Source: an uncultured delta proteobacterium
GTDB lineage: Bacteria > Desulfobacterota > Zymogenia > Zymogenales > Zymogenaceae
Direction: 5' to 3'
Assembly (NCBI GenBank): GCA_963792965.1
Contig: CAWBYW010000016.1
Coordinates: 128,001 to 192,000 of the forward strand
Length of the DNA stretch: 64,000 nucleotides
This document shows positions 43,644 to 53,206 of this stretch, one piece after another. The notes under the pieces are model-generated. The model did no database searches. It was not told the origin of the DNA and saw only the letters and a program-made list of their open reading frames with translations. The position numbers and the translations under genes are program-made. Positions within the stretch are counted from its first letter, which is position 1, and the number at the start of each line of letters is the position of its first letter.

Positions 43644-44996
43644 ATGAAAACCGTAATGAAAAGGGACAGGCTGAGTCTTTCCACGAAGATATTCTACCTC
43701 TTCGGCGACATCGGAGTATCGATGTGCCTGGCTACCGTGGGGTTCTTCATCCTCTTCTATTATGCCGACGTTGCCAAGATCAATCCTGCCCTCGTCGGCA
43801 CGGCGCTGCTCCTGGGGAGGCTCTGGAACGCCGTAAACGATCCCCTGTTCGGTTGGTTTTCCGATCGGACGAGATCGCGCTGGGGAAGGCGAAAAGTATA
43901 TCTCTATTTCGCCTCGATCCCCCTCGGGATCTCCTTTGCCGTCCTCTGGATGGTCCCAAAAGGACTCACCAACGTCACGGCCACCCTCTGGATCCTCGGG
44001 ACCTTCTTTTTCTACTATACCCTCATCAACGTCGTGGCGGTATCCTACTACGCCATGACGCCCGAGCTGACGCGCGACTATGACGAGCGCACCAATCTCA
44101 CCACCTTCCGCATGATCGGCGGGACGATCGGGTACATGTCCGGCGCGGCGTTTCCTCCCTTTATCGCGGGGCTTTTCATTACCGAGCAGATCGGTTGGAG
44201 CATGGTCGGTATCATGTTCGGTGCCTTTGCGGTCGTCTGCATATTTATAACCGCCTTCGGAGTCAAGCAGCGCAAGGAATTAGAGGGCGCTCCTTCGACG
44301 ATCCCGGCGCTGAAATCCATCATGTTCTGTTTCAAGAACAGGCCCTTCGTCTATCTTCTGATCCAGGCCGTCGCGGCCGGGGTCTGTTTCACGCTGGTAA
44401 TGTCGTATATGGCATTCTTCCTTACGTACCAAATGGAAATGAAGGCCAAGATTCCTCTTATCATGACGCTTCTTCTGGTGACGATCGGCGCGTTTCTCTT
44501 TTTCTGGAAATGGTTGACGGACAAATGGGCAAAGGGGCCCACCTACGCCCTCGGCCTCTTCATCGCCTTCGGTGCGATCGCCTGCTCGTTCCTGCTCCCC
44601 CAGGGGGAGAGCATCTGGATATACGTCATCGTCTTTATCGCGGGCTTCGGGTTTTCCGCCCAGTGGGTTTTGCCCTGGTCAATCCTCCCGGATGTCGTGG
44701 AACACGACGAGCTTTTGACCGGCCAGCGGCGGGAGGGGATCTATTACGGGGTAAAAGGGTTTGTCGACAACACCTCCAGCGCCTTCGGCCTCTTCATCGG
44801 GGGATGGGTATTGTCACTGTTCGGGTACGTCCCCGAGGCGGTACAGACCAAGACGGCGCTGTTGGGTATTCGGCTCTTCTTCGGCCCCCTCCCTGCGCTC
44901 CTGGCGTTCATAAGCCTCCCGCTCCTCATCTGGTTTCCGATAACACGGAAGACCCATACCGAGACCCTCGAAAAGCTCAAGGAGAAACGGGATTAG
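43644..44996 (+). CDS. MFS glycoside-pentoside-hexuronide (GPH) symporter
   Basis: NAVNDPLFG..SDRTRSRWGRR, ELTRDYDERT, PDVVE..E..TGQRREG. Confidence 0.9.
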   Translation: MKTVMKRDRLSLSTKIFYLFGDIGVSMCLATVGFFILFYYADVAKINPALVGTALLLGRLWNAVNDPLFGWFSDRTRSRWGRRKVYLYFASIPLGISFAVLWMVPKGLTNVTATLWILGTFFFYYTLINVVAVSYYAMTPELTRDYDERTNLTTFRMIGGTIGYMSGAAFPPFIAGLFITEQIGWSMVGIMFGAFAVVCIFITAFGVKQRKELEGAPSTIPALKSIMFCFKNRPFVYLLIQAVAAGVCFTLVMSYMAFFLTYQMEMKAKIPLIMTLLLVTIGAFLFFWKWLTDKWAKGPTYALGLFIAFGAIACSFLLPQGESIWIYVIVFIAGFGFSAQWVLPWSILPDVVEHDELLTGQRREGIYYGVKGFVDNTSSAFGLFIGGWVLSLFGYVPEAVQTKTALLGIRLFFGPLPALLAFISLPLLIWFPITRKTHTETLEKLKEKRD

Positions 44997-45059
44997 TGTA
45001 GTACGAGCGAGGACTTCTGTACGTGATTCCTCAATAGACCTTTAAGCGTAGAGCAAAGA

Positions 45060-45457
45060 ATGATAGTCTTAAGAGCCATTGCTATTTGGGTCGTTGTGAT
45101 CTTCGCCGAGGTCCTTCACGGCGTCTGCGCGAACGCTATTTCTTGTGCCGTACGTGGGTGATTTCAGGGCGCGCCAGATCGGCGTATTCACGGGGTCCGT
45201 CATAATTTTTGCTATTGCTCTTATATCCGTGCGATGGATCAGCGCGTCCCGTGCCGCAGAATTGCTGGCGGTCGGATTTCTATGGCTTGGCCTGATGCTT
45301 GCCTTTGAGTTTCTCTTCGGACATTTCGTCTTAGGCTATTAGCTGGCAGCGGCTCGCCGCAGACTACAACCTGACGAAGGGCGGCCTCATGTCGATCGGT
45401 ATGCTGGTGCTGACGCTATCGCCCTTGATAGCCGGAAAGGTGCGGGGTCTGGTTTGA
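45060..45457 (+). CDS. Small membrane protein with two apparent 1-nt insertions
   Basis: MIVLRAIAIWVVVIFAEVLHG / YVGDFRARQIG...LAFEFLFG / WQRLAADYNLTKGG pieces join into one protein. Confidence 0.55.
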
Positions 45458-45554
45458 TTGACCCCCTTACAGCGTGTCGCAGAATGAGTCAAATCTACCC
45501 TTGGCGCTCTTTGCTCAAACTTTCGCTGAAGACATGCATCTGACGGAGAGAGAG

Positions 45555-46175
45555 ATGGGAAGAAATAGGATTGTCATAATGATGCTTCTTCTATCGCTCC
45601 TTGTTGTGTCAGCCGCTGGATACGCCCAAACCGTCAAGGATTGGTGCAATATTGGAGACTGTGCTGCTGCATCGGGGGATTATGCCAAGGCAATGAAGTG
45701 TTATAGCAAGGCCATCGAGCTCGATCCGAAGTATGCCCCAGTCTACAGTGACCGGGGTAACATGTATCGACTTCAGGGCAAATACGATATGGCTTTTGCC
45801 GACTTCACCAGGGCCATCGAGGTCGACCCGAAGTATGCCCCCGCCTACGTTGACCGGGGGACAACGTATCGACTTCTGGGCAAATACGACCTGGCAATCG
45901 CCGATTTTAGCAGGGCCATCGAGGTCGATCCGAAGCTTGCCCCAGCCTACAATAGCCGGGGTATCGCCTATGGGTGTCTGGCCAAGTACGACCTGGGGAT
46001 CACCGACTTCACAAGGGCCATCGAGCTCGACCCGAAAGACGCCCAGGGCTACTATAACCGGGGAAATGCCTATTACAATTCAGGAAGGATGAATGAAGCC
46101 TTCTCGGATTATAAAAAAGGCTGTGAATTAGGGTCTAAAGATTCTTGTAAAAGCTACGGTCTATTAAAGAGATAA
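45555..46175 (+). CDS. Exported TPR repeat protein
   Basis: Signal peptide; 34-aa repeats AIELDPKYAPxYxxRG. Confidence 0.88.
   Translation: MGRNRIVIMMLLLSLLVVSAAGYAQTVKDWCNIGDCAAASGDYAKAMKCYSKAIELDPKYAPVYSDRGNMYRLQGKYDMAFADFTRAIEVDPKYAPAYVDRGTTYRLLGKYDLAIADFSRAIEVDPKLAPAYNSRGIAYGCLAKYDLGITDFTRAIELDPKDAQGYYNRGNAYYNSGRMNEAFSDYKKGCELGSKDSCKSYGLLKR
45711..46043 (+). repeat. 102-bp intragenic tandem repeats encoding TPRs
   Basis: GCCATCGAG(C/G)TCGA(T/C)CCGAA at 45711, 45813, 45915 and 46017. Confidence 0.8.
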
Positions 46176-46274
46176 TATCTTATAGGAATACTATGAAGAG
46201 CGAGTATTCCGAAACGAGCGTGACGTAAAAGGGGGTAAATCTACCCCGCAAAACTTTAGCCTCCGCCCCCCCTC

Positions 46275-46907
46275 TCACCCGTTCTCCTCTCCCTCTTTCT
46301 TAGCGTCAAAGGAGATCACGATCTTGCACACGTCGTCCCCTTTGGCCCGGCACAGCACCTCCTTCACGTCGTGCTCGTCCCCCGTGGCCCACTTGGCCAC
46401 CTCGGCGTTCAGCCCGACGTCGCCGAAGCAGATCGGTCCTTCGCTCTTGAGCCCCTTGCACCAGTAGCAGTCAAACAGCTCCAGGATAAACCCCTCCTCG
46501 CCCACGTAGAATCTCTGGTTTTCCCCAAAGACCTTGTTGGTCGATTCCGCGCCGATCTCCATCACCTTTTCGAGCCGTTTCCTTTTTGACAGGAGCTTGA
46601 GCCCAAGCCCCATGAACCCGATCATCGCGGGGTTCTTTTCCATGACGAGCTGAAATCCCCTCCGCCCCGCTTTGTAGAGCAGGGGGCGGGCACCCTTCTC
46701 GCCGAAGACGTCTATGATGCTCCCCACGATCGCGCCGAAATCGCTCCCCGGCACTTCGAGCTTTTCGTCGTTGGGCGGGAAGTTATCCCGGTATTTGGTG
46801 AGCCCGGAATAGTTCAGTATCGAGTTGAGCCCGTTTTCACCTATGATGTCCTCCACGGTAAGCAGAGTAACATACATCATCGAATTCGGAATATACTCCT
46901 TGAGCAT
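46275..46907 (-). CDS. V4R (4-vinyl reductase) domain protein
   Basis: DCYWC...PIC...EVLCRAKGDDVC. Confidence 0.85.
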   Translation of the reverse strand: MLKEYIPNSMMYVTLLTVEDIIGENGLNSILNYSGLTKYRDNFPPNDEKLEVPGSDFGAIVGSIIDVFGEKGARPLLYKAGRRGFQLVMEKNPAMIGFMGLGLKLLSKRKRLEKVMEIGAESTNKVFGENQRFYVGEEGFILELFDCYWCKGLKSEGPICFGDVGLNAEVAKWATGDEHDVKEVLCRAKGDDVCKIVISFDAKKEGEENG

Positions 46908-47002
46908 GTCTTTTCCCCCTGGACAGGTCCCAGTTCTATTATCCCCCCCGGCAGGCGGGAAGTCAACGGGCACGGGTTGGAGGGGTCGAGTCTACACTTG
47001 TC

Positions 47003-47090
47003 TTGGTGATACGCGACGGCTGGCTCTACCTATCCACCAGCGACCGGGACGGCCGGGGGACGGTGCGACGCGGTGACGATCGCTCATCAG
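47003..47090 (+). pseudogene. C-terminal remnant of a PQQ-dependent glucose/sorbosone dehydrogenase
   Basis: DGWLYLSTSDRDGRG...GDDR resembles the GSDH C-terminal motif; no upstream gene body. Confidence 0.45.
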
Positions 47091-47177
47091 GATACGCCCG
47101 GTCGACATCAAAGGATTGCCGTGAAATCCGACGCATTGGCCGGACGGCCCTCTCGTGGCCGTCTCTACGCTCTGCCC

Positions 47178-47867
47178 TCACGTTCGGTCGCGTGTCAATC
47201 CCGCGTGATGTGGACAGACCGTTCGGCAGGTGTTACACGCGATCACCCATCCGCCTCCTTCCGTGGAGGAGATGGAGCGTGCCCTGCAGAGGTTCTGGTT
47301 AATCGTTGTCCCGTCCAGCGCCTGCTGCGGGCACGCGTCCAGGCAGATACTGCATCCGTCGTTACATCCGTTGTAAGAGGTGGCGGGGTCTCCCTCGAGC
47401 TCGGCGGAGACCAGCACGGCCCCCAGCCAGATCATGTTTCCGAACGTCTTATTAATCAGAAGCGTGTTCTTCCCCAGCGTCCCCATGCCTGCGAGCCACG
47501 CCGCGTGTTTCAGCGACAGGATGCCCCTCCCGTGGCTCCGATCCGGGTCCCAATAGTCGTACGGCTCGGCGGAGGGAATGGGGACCGAGCCGATACCCTC
47601 GGCCTCCAGCTCTTCAGACAGGCGAAAGGAGATCGCGTCGAGCTTTTCAACCATCTTGTTTCTGACAAAGGTATAGGGGGTGAGGCTCGGCAAGACGAGG
47701 GTGCTTGCCGGAAAGCGCGACGCATAGACGATCACCGATCGGCATCCCTCGTGGATATCGCGCGGGTGAAACCCCTGCGGGGCATCGCTGAACCGGTCGA
47801 CCGGGGCGATCCCGCAGATATCCGCCCCCAGGCCCAGCACCTTCTCCTTCACTTCTTTACAGTCCAT
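47178..47867 (-). CDS. QueG-like 4Fe-4S protein (second paralog)
   Basis: LGADICGIA, SLKHAAWLAGMGTLGKN, CSICLDACP, CNTCRTVCP. Confidence 0.8.
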   Translation of the reverse strand: MDCKEVKEKVLGLGADICGIAPVDRFSDAPQGFHPRDIHEGCRSVIVYASRFPASTLVLPSLTPYTFVRNKMVEKLDAISFRLSEELEAEGIGSVPIPSAEPYDYWDPDRSHGRGILSLKHAAWLAGMGTLGKNTLLINKTFGNMIWLGAVLVSAELEGDPATSYNGCNDGCSICLDACPQQALDGTTINQNLCRARSISSTEGGGWVIACNTCRTVCPHHAGLTRDRT

Positions 47868-47935
47868 CACAAGGCCTTTTCTTCCGTTCAGTTTTATCGT
47901 GTGATACCGACCGCAGAGGACCGTTCCCTTTGCCG

Positions 47936-48367
47936 TTATCCTCGGGCGAGTGCCGTCTTGACGCACGCGGCTCCCAACAGCACCACGATCACGGTCCCGA
48001 CAATCTGGGGCGCGATGAAGAAATAGACCCAGCCCAGCACGGCCACCGCGACGAAGCTCGCGAAGAGCGCCCAGGAGACGGGGAGCAGGGCCGCCCGTGC
48101 CTTTTCATCCAGCCCCCCGAGGTGCCACGTCAGCACCGCCGAGAAGAGCAGAAAAACCGAAAAGAGGAGCCCAAACCCAAGGTACATCCCGCCCCACGTA
48201 ACGGTCGAGCCCATGATCTCAAAATCGACTGACTTCATCAAGGAAAGCACGCCGTCGGCCGCCACCCCGTGGTCGGCGTGCGACAGCATCCCCCCGAACG
48301 TGTGGGAGAGGAAAAAGATGACCAACAGATACGAACAGATCCGATAGAGATTGAAATACCTGGCCAT
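47936..48367 (-). CDS. Small four-TM hypothetical membrane protein
   Basis: MARYFNLYRICSYLLVIFFLSHTFG...YLGFGLLFS...YFFIAP. Confidence 0.65.
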   Translation of the reverse strand: MARYFNLYRICSYLLVIFFLSHTFGGMLSHADHGVAADGVLSLMKSVDFEIMGSTVTWGGMYLGFGLLFSVFLLFSAVLTWHLGGLDEKARAALLPVSWALFASFVAVAVLGWVYFFIAPQIVGTVIVVLLGAACVKTALARG

Positions 48368-48525
48368 GCCATTCCTCCTTATACAGCGGTGACGGAAATA
48401 CGTTTTGATTATATCACGATCTATCGGGGCCACGACGCGGCCGGCGCGGAGAGAAATCTCCTTTCCGGCGCGACGATCCATAGGCGGAGTGGGGGACCCA
48501 GCAGAATCTCTGGACATGTGTCTGG

Positions 48526-49137
48526 TCACAGGAAGTCCGGCAGGACCCCACATAACGCCTCGACTGCGCGCCTGCGGTGGCTGATTTCGTTCTTCTCGGC
48601 CTCCGTCATCTCCGCGTAGGTCTTGCCGAGCGGCGGATAAAAGAAGATCGGGTCGTAGCCGAACCCTTTGCTCCCACGTGGCGCACGGATAATCTGCCCT
48701 GCGCACTCCCCCCTGACGACCATCTCCCTTCCATCGGGCGATACCAGCGCGATCACCGCCACGAAGCGCGCCCCTCTCTCCCCTTCCGGGACCCCGGAAA
48801 GCTCGCGCAACAGCTTCTCGTTGTTTTGCTCGTCGGAGGAGCCTTCCCCGGCGTATCGTGCCGACATCACCCCCGGTGCGCCGCCCAGGGCATCCACCTC
48901 TATGCCGGAGTCGTCGGCCAAGGCTACGTGCGCGGTGCGACGCGCCGCTTCCCGGGCCTTGATGAGGGCGTTTTCCTCAAACGTCTTGCCGGACTCGACC
49001 ACGTCGGGATAATCGGGAAAGTCGGAAAGAGAACGCAGAGTGACGAGCCTCAGGAGCCCCAGTCCGTCCATGATCCGGCCGAGTTCGTTGAGCTTTCCCC
49101 GGTTCTTGGTGGCGACGACGATCTCAGGAGCGCTCAA
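48526..49137 (-). CDS. rdgB: Non-canonical purine NTP pyrophosphatase (XTP/dITP)
   Basis: [34 protein letters not shown]; follows rph. Confidence 0.93.
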   Translation of the reverse strand: MSAPEIVVATKNRGKLNELGRIMDGLGLLRLVTLRSLSDFPDYPDVVESGKTFEENALIKAREAARRTAHVALADDSGIEVDALGGAPGVMSARYAGEGSSDEQNNEKLLRELSGVPEGERGARFVAVIALVSPDGREMVVRGECAGQIIRAPRGSKGFGYDPIFFYPPLGKTYAEMTEAEKNEISHRRRAVEALCGVLPDFL

Positions 49138-49855
49138 TGATCTCTCCGAGGAGCTCCTTCTGTTTTGCGATGAGCCGCGCGATCCCGTCCCGGGCAAGCT
49201 CCATCATCATATCGAGGGTCTTCTGATCAAACGGGTGGTTTTCCGCGGTGCCCTGGACCTCCACGAAGAGGCCGGATCCCGTGATGACGAAGTTCATATC
49301 GACCTCGGCGGCGGAATCCTCCTTGTAGTCGAGGTCCAGGAGTATCTTTCCGTCCACCACCCCCGCGCTGATTGCCGCGATATAGTCCCTGATCGGGAAC
49401 CGGGAGATCTGCCCCGACTTCTTCAGCTTCAACAGCGCGTATGCCAGCGCCACGAAACCGCCCGTGATGGAGGCCGTCCTTGTGCCGCCGTCGGCGCAGA
49501 TGACGTCGCAGTCGATCCAGATCGTCTTTTCGCTCAGGGCCGACAGATCGACCACCGCCCTGAGCGCCCTGCCGATGAGCCGCTGGATCTCAAGGGTGCG
49601 GCCCCCCGCCCGCCCCTGGGTGACCTCGCGGGTCATCCGGGTTTCGGTCGAGCGGGGCAGCATCCCGTACTCCGCCGTCACCCACCCGTCCCCGGTGCCC
49701 TTGAGAAAGTTCGGCACCCGATCCTCCACGGAGGCGGTGACGACCACCCGGGTGAGCCCCATCTCGATGAGGACGCTCCCTTCCGCGTAGGGGATATAGT
49801 TGGGCGTAATGACAACGGGACGTATGGCGTTAAGCTGCCTCCCGTTTCTCCTCAT
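49124..49855 (-). CDS. rph: Ribonuclease PH
   Basis: [41 protein letters not shown]. Confidence 0.95.
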   Translation of the reverse strand: MRRNGRQLNAIRPVVITPNYIPYAEGSVLIEMGLTRVVVTASVEDRVPNFLKGTGDGWVTAEYGMLPRSTETRMTREVTQGRAGGRTLEIQRLIGRALRAVVDLSALSEKTIWIDCDVICADGGTRTASITGGFVALAYALLKLKKSGQISRFPIRDYIAAISAGVVDGKILLDLDYKEDSAAEVDMNFVITGSGLFVEVQGTAENHPFDQKTLDMMMELARDGIARLIAKQKELLGEIIERS

Positions 49856-49919
49856 CCAGTCTACCTGCTTCGCATTCTTGTATGGTTTCAAGGCCCACCC
49901 TGTATACGTGAGGGTACGA

Positions 49920-49948
49920 ATCATACTGGTTTCGCCTCTGCCTGTCAA
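49920..49948 (-). promoter_or_regulatory. sigma70 promoter for rph-rdgB
   Basis: Minus strand TTGACA-N17-TATGAT. Confidence 0.7.
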
Positions 49949-50396
49949 GGGATAACGACCCTCCCGCCCAACGCTCGCGACGTGCCGCCGGAATACAGGA
50001 ATATGAAGGAAAACAGGAATGGCGGGGAAAGCCGCTGCCGCACACAACCGACCGCATGCAACGGTACGGAAGATGACCTGCATCAGTGGAACAAAAGTGC
50101 AAGTTATTTTGCATCCTGGCAACATCTCGTTATCATTAGAAATATCGGTATCTGTTCCTGACAGGATAAACTCGATGAAACACCGTTGAAACATGCATGC
50201 AACGCCTCAGAAACCGCGTTAAGATGCTGTGCGATAACCTGCTGTAATCATTATAGTATTTGGCCACGGACATCGGGTGGATCGTGCCCGCATATAGGCA
50301 TGGATATTGCTTAATATATGGCCAGACACATACGGTTTGGTATATGAGATCTCCGGCAACCGTGTGTATTCATGCAACGAGAGAAAGGAGGAGAGA

Positions 50397-51092
50397 ATGA
50401 ATAAGAAAAGACTGATGGTGCTTGATAACGATTCCCAATTCGTCGGCTCTCTCAACACCGCGTTGGGCAAGACCTATGACGTGCTGTGGGTCAAGGAAGT
50501 CGCCGCCGCCGTCCAGACCATTCATTCATGCGAGGCGGACGTCATCCTCGTCAACTTCGCCGTCGGCGTCGAGGGGGGGTTCTCCGTAATCCGGGAGGCA
50601 AAGAAGTGGGCGATCCCATCGGTCGTCGTCACCCATCTCTCGACGGAGGAGATGGCCATCGAGGCCCTCAACTCCGGCGTCTCGTATTATATCAAGAAGC
50701 CGGTCCTTCTGGAGGACCTGGCAAAAGCCGTCAACCGGGTCGCGGGCATCCCGAGCGCCGATATGGATACCATCGAGCGCGTGAGATTCTTCATCGTAGA
50801 AAATTACATGAAAGACATCTCGGTCAACGACCTTTCGGACTCGGTCGGCATCAGGCGGCAGAAGATCTTCTACCACTTCAAGAAGCGGTACGGCAAGGGG
50901 ATCAAGTCATATCTGCGCGACATCAGGATGCAGAAGGCGCAGGAGTTGCTGGAGACCACCGACCTTGCGATCTACCGTATCGCCAAGGCCGTCGGATATA
51001 ATCACTTCGGCTATTTTTGTCGGGAATTCAAGCGCCTCTACCACCTGACCCCCAAAGAGATCAGGAGGGGCCGCTACCAGCAGGCCAGCTGA
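50397..51092 (+). CDS. Receiver + AraC HTH transcriptional regulator
   Basis: REC-like N-terminus (YYIKKP); RMQKAQELL...IAKAVGY..YFCREFKR AraC signature. Confidence 0.85.
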   Translation: MNKKRLMVLDNDSQFVGSLNTALGKTYDVLWVKEVAAAVQTIHSCEADVILVNFAVGVEGGFSVIREAKKWAIPSVVVTHLSTEEMAIEALNSGVSYYIKKPVLLEDLAKAVNRVAGIPSADMDTIERVRFFIVENYMKDISVNDLSDSVGIRRQKIFYHFKKRYGKGIKSYLRDIRMQKAQELLETTDLAIYRIAKAVGYNHFGYFCREFKRLYHLTPKEIRRGRYQQAS

Positions 51093-51219
51093 TTCTTACT
51101 TGCTCAAGGCGCATGCCGGCTCCAGGGAGGGAAGGGGCCGTTGCCGGTGATCCGGGGAGAGGAGGATGACGCCGATCTTTCCGGCGCCGGGGACGTGAAT
51201 AGAGGGGAGGACCGAGCCG

Positions 51220-52239
51220 TTATCCGTCCTGCTTCTGCCATTCATCGAGGCGGCAGCAGGAAACGCGGTGCCCTTTCTCCACTTCGACCATGGGCGGGAC
51301 GAACTCGCAGCACGACGGGTCGTCCACCGGGCAGCGGGTATGAAACCGGCATCCCGGCGGCGGTGATATGGCCGACGGGATCTCTCCCCTCGGGATGGCG
51401 TGGGCCCTGCGCATCTTCGGGTCCGGCACCGGAACCGCAGACAGGAGGGCCCGTGTATAGGGATGCATCGGGTTGTGAAAAACCTGGTCCACCGTGCCGA
51501 TCTCCACGATGATTCCGAGATACATGATCGCGATCCGGTCGCAGATATATTTCGCGGTCGCAAGGTCGTGGGTCACAAAGAGGTAGGTGAGCGATAGATC
51601 TTCTTTCAGCTCTCGCATCATCTCGAGGATCAGCGCCCGCACCGAAACGTCCGCCATGGCGATCGGCTCGTCGGCCACCACCAGCTTGGGGGAAAGGACG
51701 AGTGCCCGCGCAAGGACCACCCTCTGCTTTTGCCCCCCCGAGAGGAGATGGGGATAGCGCTTGTAGATGTCGTTCACGGGGGTGAGCGCCACCCGCCTCA
51801 TGACTTCCTTGACCCGCTCTTCCCGTTCTTTCTTATTTCCGATTTTCTGAATCACGAGAGAATAGCCGATATTATCGCCGACCGTCATGCGGGGGTTCAG
51901 CGACGCATGCGGGTCCTGAAACACCATTTGCATGTTGGGGCGAAAACGTCTGAGATCTTCCCCTTTCAGGTTCGTGATATCCCTGCCCTCGAACCGGATC
52001 TCCCCCTCGGTCGGATCAATGAGCCGCATGATGAGGCGTCCCGTAGTGGTCTTGCCGCAGCCGCTCTCGCCGGCAAGCCCCATGACCTCACCCTTATTGA
52101 TCTGGAAGGTGACGTCGTCCACCGCGCGCACGAAGCTTTTCTTTGCCGTGAGGAGATTTGTGATCAATCCGGTCTGTACGGGAAAATACTTTTTGAGATT
52201 CTTGACGGCAACGACTACTTCGCGCTCACTCATCGTCAT
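51220..52239 (-). CDS. Oligo/dipeptide ABC transporter ATPase (DppF/OppF-like)
   Basis: GESGCGKTT, LSGGQKQR, HPYT, GCRFHTRCP. Confidence 0.9.
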   Translation of the reverse strand: MTMSEREVVVAVKNLKKYFPVQTGLITNLLTAKKSFVRAVDDVTFQINKGEVMGLAGESGCGKTTTGRLIMRLIDPTEGEIRFEGRDITNLKGEDLRRFRPNMQMVFQDPHASLNPRMTVGDNIGYSLVIQKIGNKKEREERVKEVMRRVALTPVNDIYKRYPHLLSGGQKQRVVLARALVLSPKLVVADEPIAMADVSVRALILEMMRELKEDLSLTYLFVTHDLATAKYICDRIAIMYLGIIVEIGTVDQVFHNPMHPYTRALLSAVPVPDPKMRRAHAIPRGEIPSAISPPPGCRFHTRCPVDDPSCCEFVPPMVEVEKGHRVSCCRLDEWQKQDG

Positions 52240-53206
52240 CCTTCCCTCCGTACAGGAAACACTCCACCATCCTGCCGTGCACCTTTAGGTCAAGGGGCCG
52301 TTTTTTCACACAGATGTCCATCCGATAGGGGCACCGCGGATGAAACGGGCACCCCGGCGGCGGATCGGTCAGGTCGGGCGGTGAGCCGGGCATCGTGTAG
52401 AGATGCATCTGGTCCATCTGGATGTTCGGGATCGAGGAAAGGAGTCCCTGGGTGTAGGGGTGCAGCGGTTTCCCGAAAACATCCGTCACCTCTCCCTCCT
52501 CGATGATCCGCCCGGCGTACATGACCGCCACCCGATCCGCGAGCTGGGCCACGATCCCCATATTATGGGTGATGAGAAGGATCGTCAGCTTGTACTTCTC
52601 CTTGAGGGACTTGAGGAGGTCCAGGAAGTGGGCCTCAACGATTACGTCCAATGAGTTGGTCGGCTCATCGGCGATGATCAGCTTCGGGTGGAGAATGAGG
52701 CCGAGTCCTATCATGATCCGCTGCCGCATCCCGCCCGAGAGCTCGTGGGGATATTCGTGCAGGCGCGATGCCGAGATGCCGAGCTGTTCGACCAGCTTCT
52801 CGATCCTTGCCCGCGCCCGCTTTTCCGTGATGTGTCTTTCGTGAGCCCGGATCGTCTCCAGGAAATGCTGATCCAGCCTGATGAGGGGGTTGAGCGAGGT
52901 CATGGGGTCCTGAAAGACCATGGATATCTTCGGTCCCCGGACCTTTCGCATCTCGTGGTCGGATTTCTTGATCAGGTCTTCGCCGTCCAGCATGATGCTG
53001 CCCGACGCGATCTCGCCCGGCGGGCGCATCAGCTTCAGGATCGCGAGCCCGAGGGTGGATTTGCCGCAGCCGCTCTCTCCCACCAGCCCTACGACCTTGC
53101 CCCGCGGCATGGCGAAATCGACGTTGTCGACCGCCTTGACGATGCCGCTTGAGGTCGGGTAGTGGATGGATAGATTCGTGATGGACAGGATCGTATCGTC
53201 GTCCAC
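52226..53206 (-). CDS. Oligo/dipeptide ABC transporter ATPase (DppD/OppD-like)
   Basis: GESGCGKST, YPHELSGGMRQR, GCPFHPRC. Confidence 0.9.
   Translation of the reverse strand: MDDDTILSITNLSIHYPTSSGIVKAVDNVDFAMPRGKVVGLVGESGCGKSTLGLAILKLMRPPGEIASGSIMLDGEDLIKKSDHEMRKVRGPKISMVFQDPMTSLNPLIRLDQHFLETIRAHERHITEKRARARIEKLVEQLGISASRLHEYPHELSGGMRQRIMIGLGLILHPKLIIADEPTNSLDVIVEAHFLDLLKSLKEKYKLTILLITHNMGIVAQLADRVAVMYAGRIIEEGEVTDVFGKPLHPYTQGLLSSIPNIQMDQMHLYTMPGSPPDLTDPPPGCPFHPRCPYRMDICVKKRPLDLKVHGRMVECFLYGGKDDDE

Noticed and set aside
45711-46043. CRISPR-like periodic repeats
   Set aside because: The 102-bp period is in frame and encodes TPR motifs; there are no unique spacers or cas genes
49856-50194. 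N-terminal extension of rph in the ORF track
   Set aside because: A consensus promoter at 49920-49948 and homology place the start at 49855
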